From Chloroflexota bacterium (GTDB lineage Bacteria; Chloroflexota; Limnocylindria; Limnocylindrales; CSP1-4): 55,604 nt of DNA. The notes under the pieces were generated by a model, which was not told the DNA's origin, did no database searches, and worked only from the letters and a program-made list of their open reading frames with translations. Within the stretch, counting starts at the first letter, position 1. Every line of letters starts with the position of its first letter. Below are positions 54,906 through 55,604 of the stretch, piece after piece. Where the stretch lies: the NCBI GenBank assembly GCA_003152165.1, contig PLZO01000029.1, positions 1 to 55,604 of the forward strand. The letters run 5' to 3'. Position numbers and translations under genes: made by a program.

Positions 54906-55604
54906 TCAGTTTGAATCGTAGGGCTCCGACTCTTCCGCAGCGCGTTCCGTCTCGAACAACTCCAGCGGCTCCGGTTCGGGTCCCCGAATGCGCTGCGCCT
55001 TCCGGAGCGTGATGTTCGCTCCGGTGACGTGCGGATAGTCGATGCCCCTGCCGTTGAGCAGTTCCCGGATCGTCCGGAGCTGGATCCGGGGGTGTCTGCC
55101 CCACGGCGACGGACTGGGCTCGGCATCGCCATCGTCTTGCGCCCACCCGGTCACATGGGTTCCAGGGTCGGGTCGATAGAAGCCAGCCTCCGCCGCCTCG
55201 GACCGCATCCCAGCGGTGGGCTCCTCGAATGAGATCAGGTCGCCGATCTCCGCTTTCTCGCGTTCGATCACGCCTCGGAGGTCGCGAACGTGGTTCGGGA
55301 CTAGGTGCCCCGCCTTCACACTGAAAACGATCTGTCGTGTCTCCGATGTCCACTCATGGAAGTAGAGGCGCCCGTCAATCCCTTTGTCGCCGCCCTTCTT
55401 GTCGCTCCCAGCGACCCGAGCCCCGACTAGACCCAGCGCCGCTTCCACGATCTCCTCGTAGGCCGCCCTGGCCTCGGTGTTCCATTCCCAGGTATCTGAA
55501 CCGCCCTGGGTCTGATGGGAGACTCTGGCCTGCCCTGGGTTCCGTGGAGCCGAGTTGCTGGATATCAGGCCACTGTCGTTGTCTGATGCCGAGTCTCGAA
55601 CTCG
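54906..55604 (-). CDS. Restriction-endonuclease-like (Mrr-type) domain protein, probably the C-terminus of a DNA methyltransferase/R-M protein (5' end beyond the window)
   Basis: The frame stays open to the window edge (the track shows only 54906-55448). GGDKGIDGRLYF...QIVFSVKAGHLVPNHVRDLRGVIEREKAEIGDLISFEEPTAGMRSEAAEAGFY...IQLRTIRELLNG. Confidence 0.55.
   Translation of the reverse strand, partial: RVRDSASDNDSGLISSNSAPRNPGQARVSHQTQGGSDTWEWNTEARAAYEEIVEAALGLVGARVAGSDKKGGDKGIDGRLYFHEWTSETRQIVFSVKAGHLVPNHVRDLRGVIEREKAEIGDLISFEEPTAGMRSEAAEAGFYRPDPGTHVTGWAQDDGDAEPSPSPWGRHPRIQLRTIRELLNGRGIDYPHVTGANITLRKAQRIRGPEPEPLELFETERAAEESEPYDSN

Noticed and set aside
1-55604. Search for rRNA, tRNA, tmRNA, CRISPR, integrase/attachment sites, toxin-antitoxin pairs and phage genes.
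   Set aside because: None was recognised by eye on either strand. tRNAscan, Infernal and defence-system HMM scans would be needed to exclude small RNAs definitively.

Overview
This 55.6-kb window is high-GC bacterial DNA. By eye GC is about 70% or more on the left and about 55-63% in several right-hand blocks. Gene organisation looks actinobacterial in style (GTG/TTG starts, many ATGA/GTGA stop-start overlaps, several LLM/F420-type oxidoreductases); that taxonomic reading is inference only. I recognised no rRNA, tRNA or CRISPR array. I can support about 47 intact CDS and about 20 gene or IS remnants. The content is almost entirely small-molecule catabolism, transport and regulation. (i) 0-6.8 kb: an IclR regulator next to a hyuA / hyuB (with a fused acetone-carboxylase-gamma-like domain) / family-III CoA-transferase / citryl-CoA-lyase-like operon. 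(ii) 6.8-12.2 kb: an orphan DHOD-like gene with a small coiled-coil ORF, then a six-gene translationally coupled LLM-RraA-methyltransferase-RidA operon. (iii) 12.6-17.6 kb: an NMT1/TauA-type ABC importer headed by a 475-aa protein I cannot assign. (iv) 18.5-25.4 kb is the most unusual block. A tightly coupled pyrE-like / degenerate PRT-like / M20 carbamoylase / pyrK / pyrD operon converges on a split ThDP decarboxylase + UbiD decarboxylase operon, behind a decayed GntR gene. I read it as a candidate undescribed orotate or heteroaromatic-carboxylate pathway. (v) 26.9-38.5 kb: single genes (citrate synthase, USP, PhtD-like decarboxylase + LLM, alpha/beta hydrolase, NHL propeller) separated by IS21/IS1380/IS30/IS110/IS3 debris and other gene fragments. 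This stretch includes a 112/113-bp tandem duplication and a (TTACTGCCCC)x4 array. (vi) 38.5-51.1 kb: a lower-GC island with IclR, an M24 hydrolase, a Mo-hydroxylase (M/S/L + CoxG), LLM, a cysteine-hydrolase amidase, RidA, SDR, an aminotransferase and an HpcH aldolase, probably for N-heterocycle or amide catabolism. (vii) 51.1-55.6 kb: a frameshifted ABC importer, a truncated hydrolase, a second IstB remnant, a binding protein and an edge-truncated Mrr/methylase-type gene. All family calls come from my reading of motifs in the supplied translations, not from database searches. Start codons are my best guesses from RBS and overlap context.
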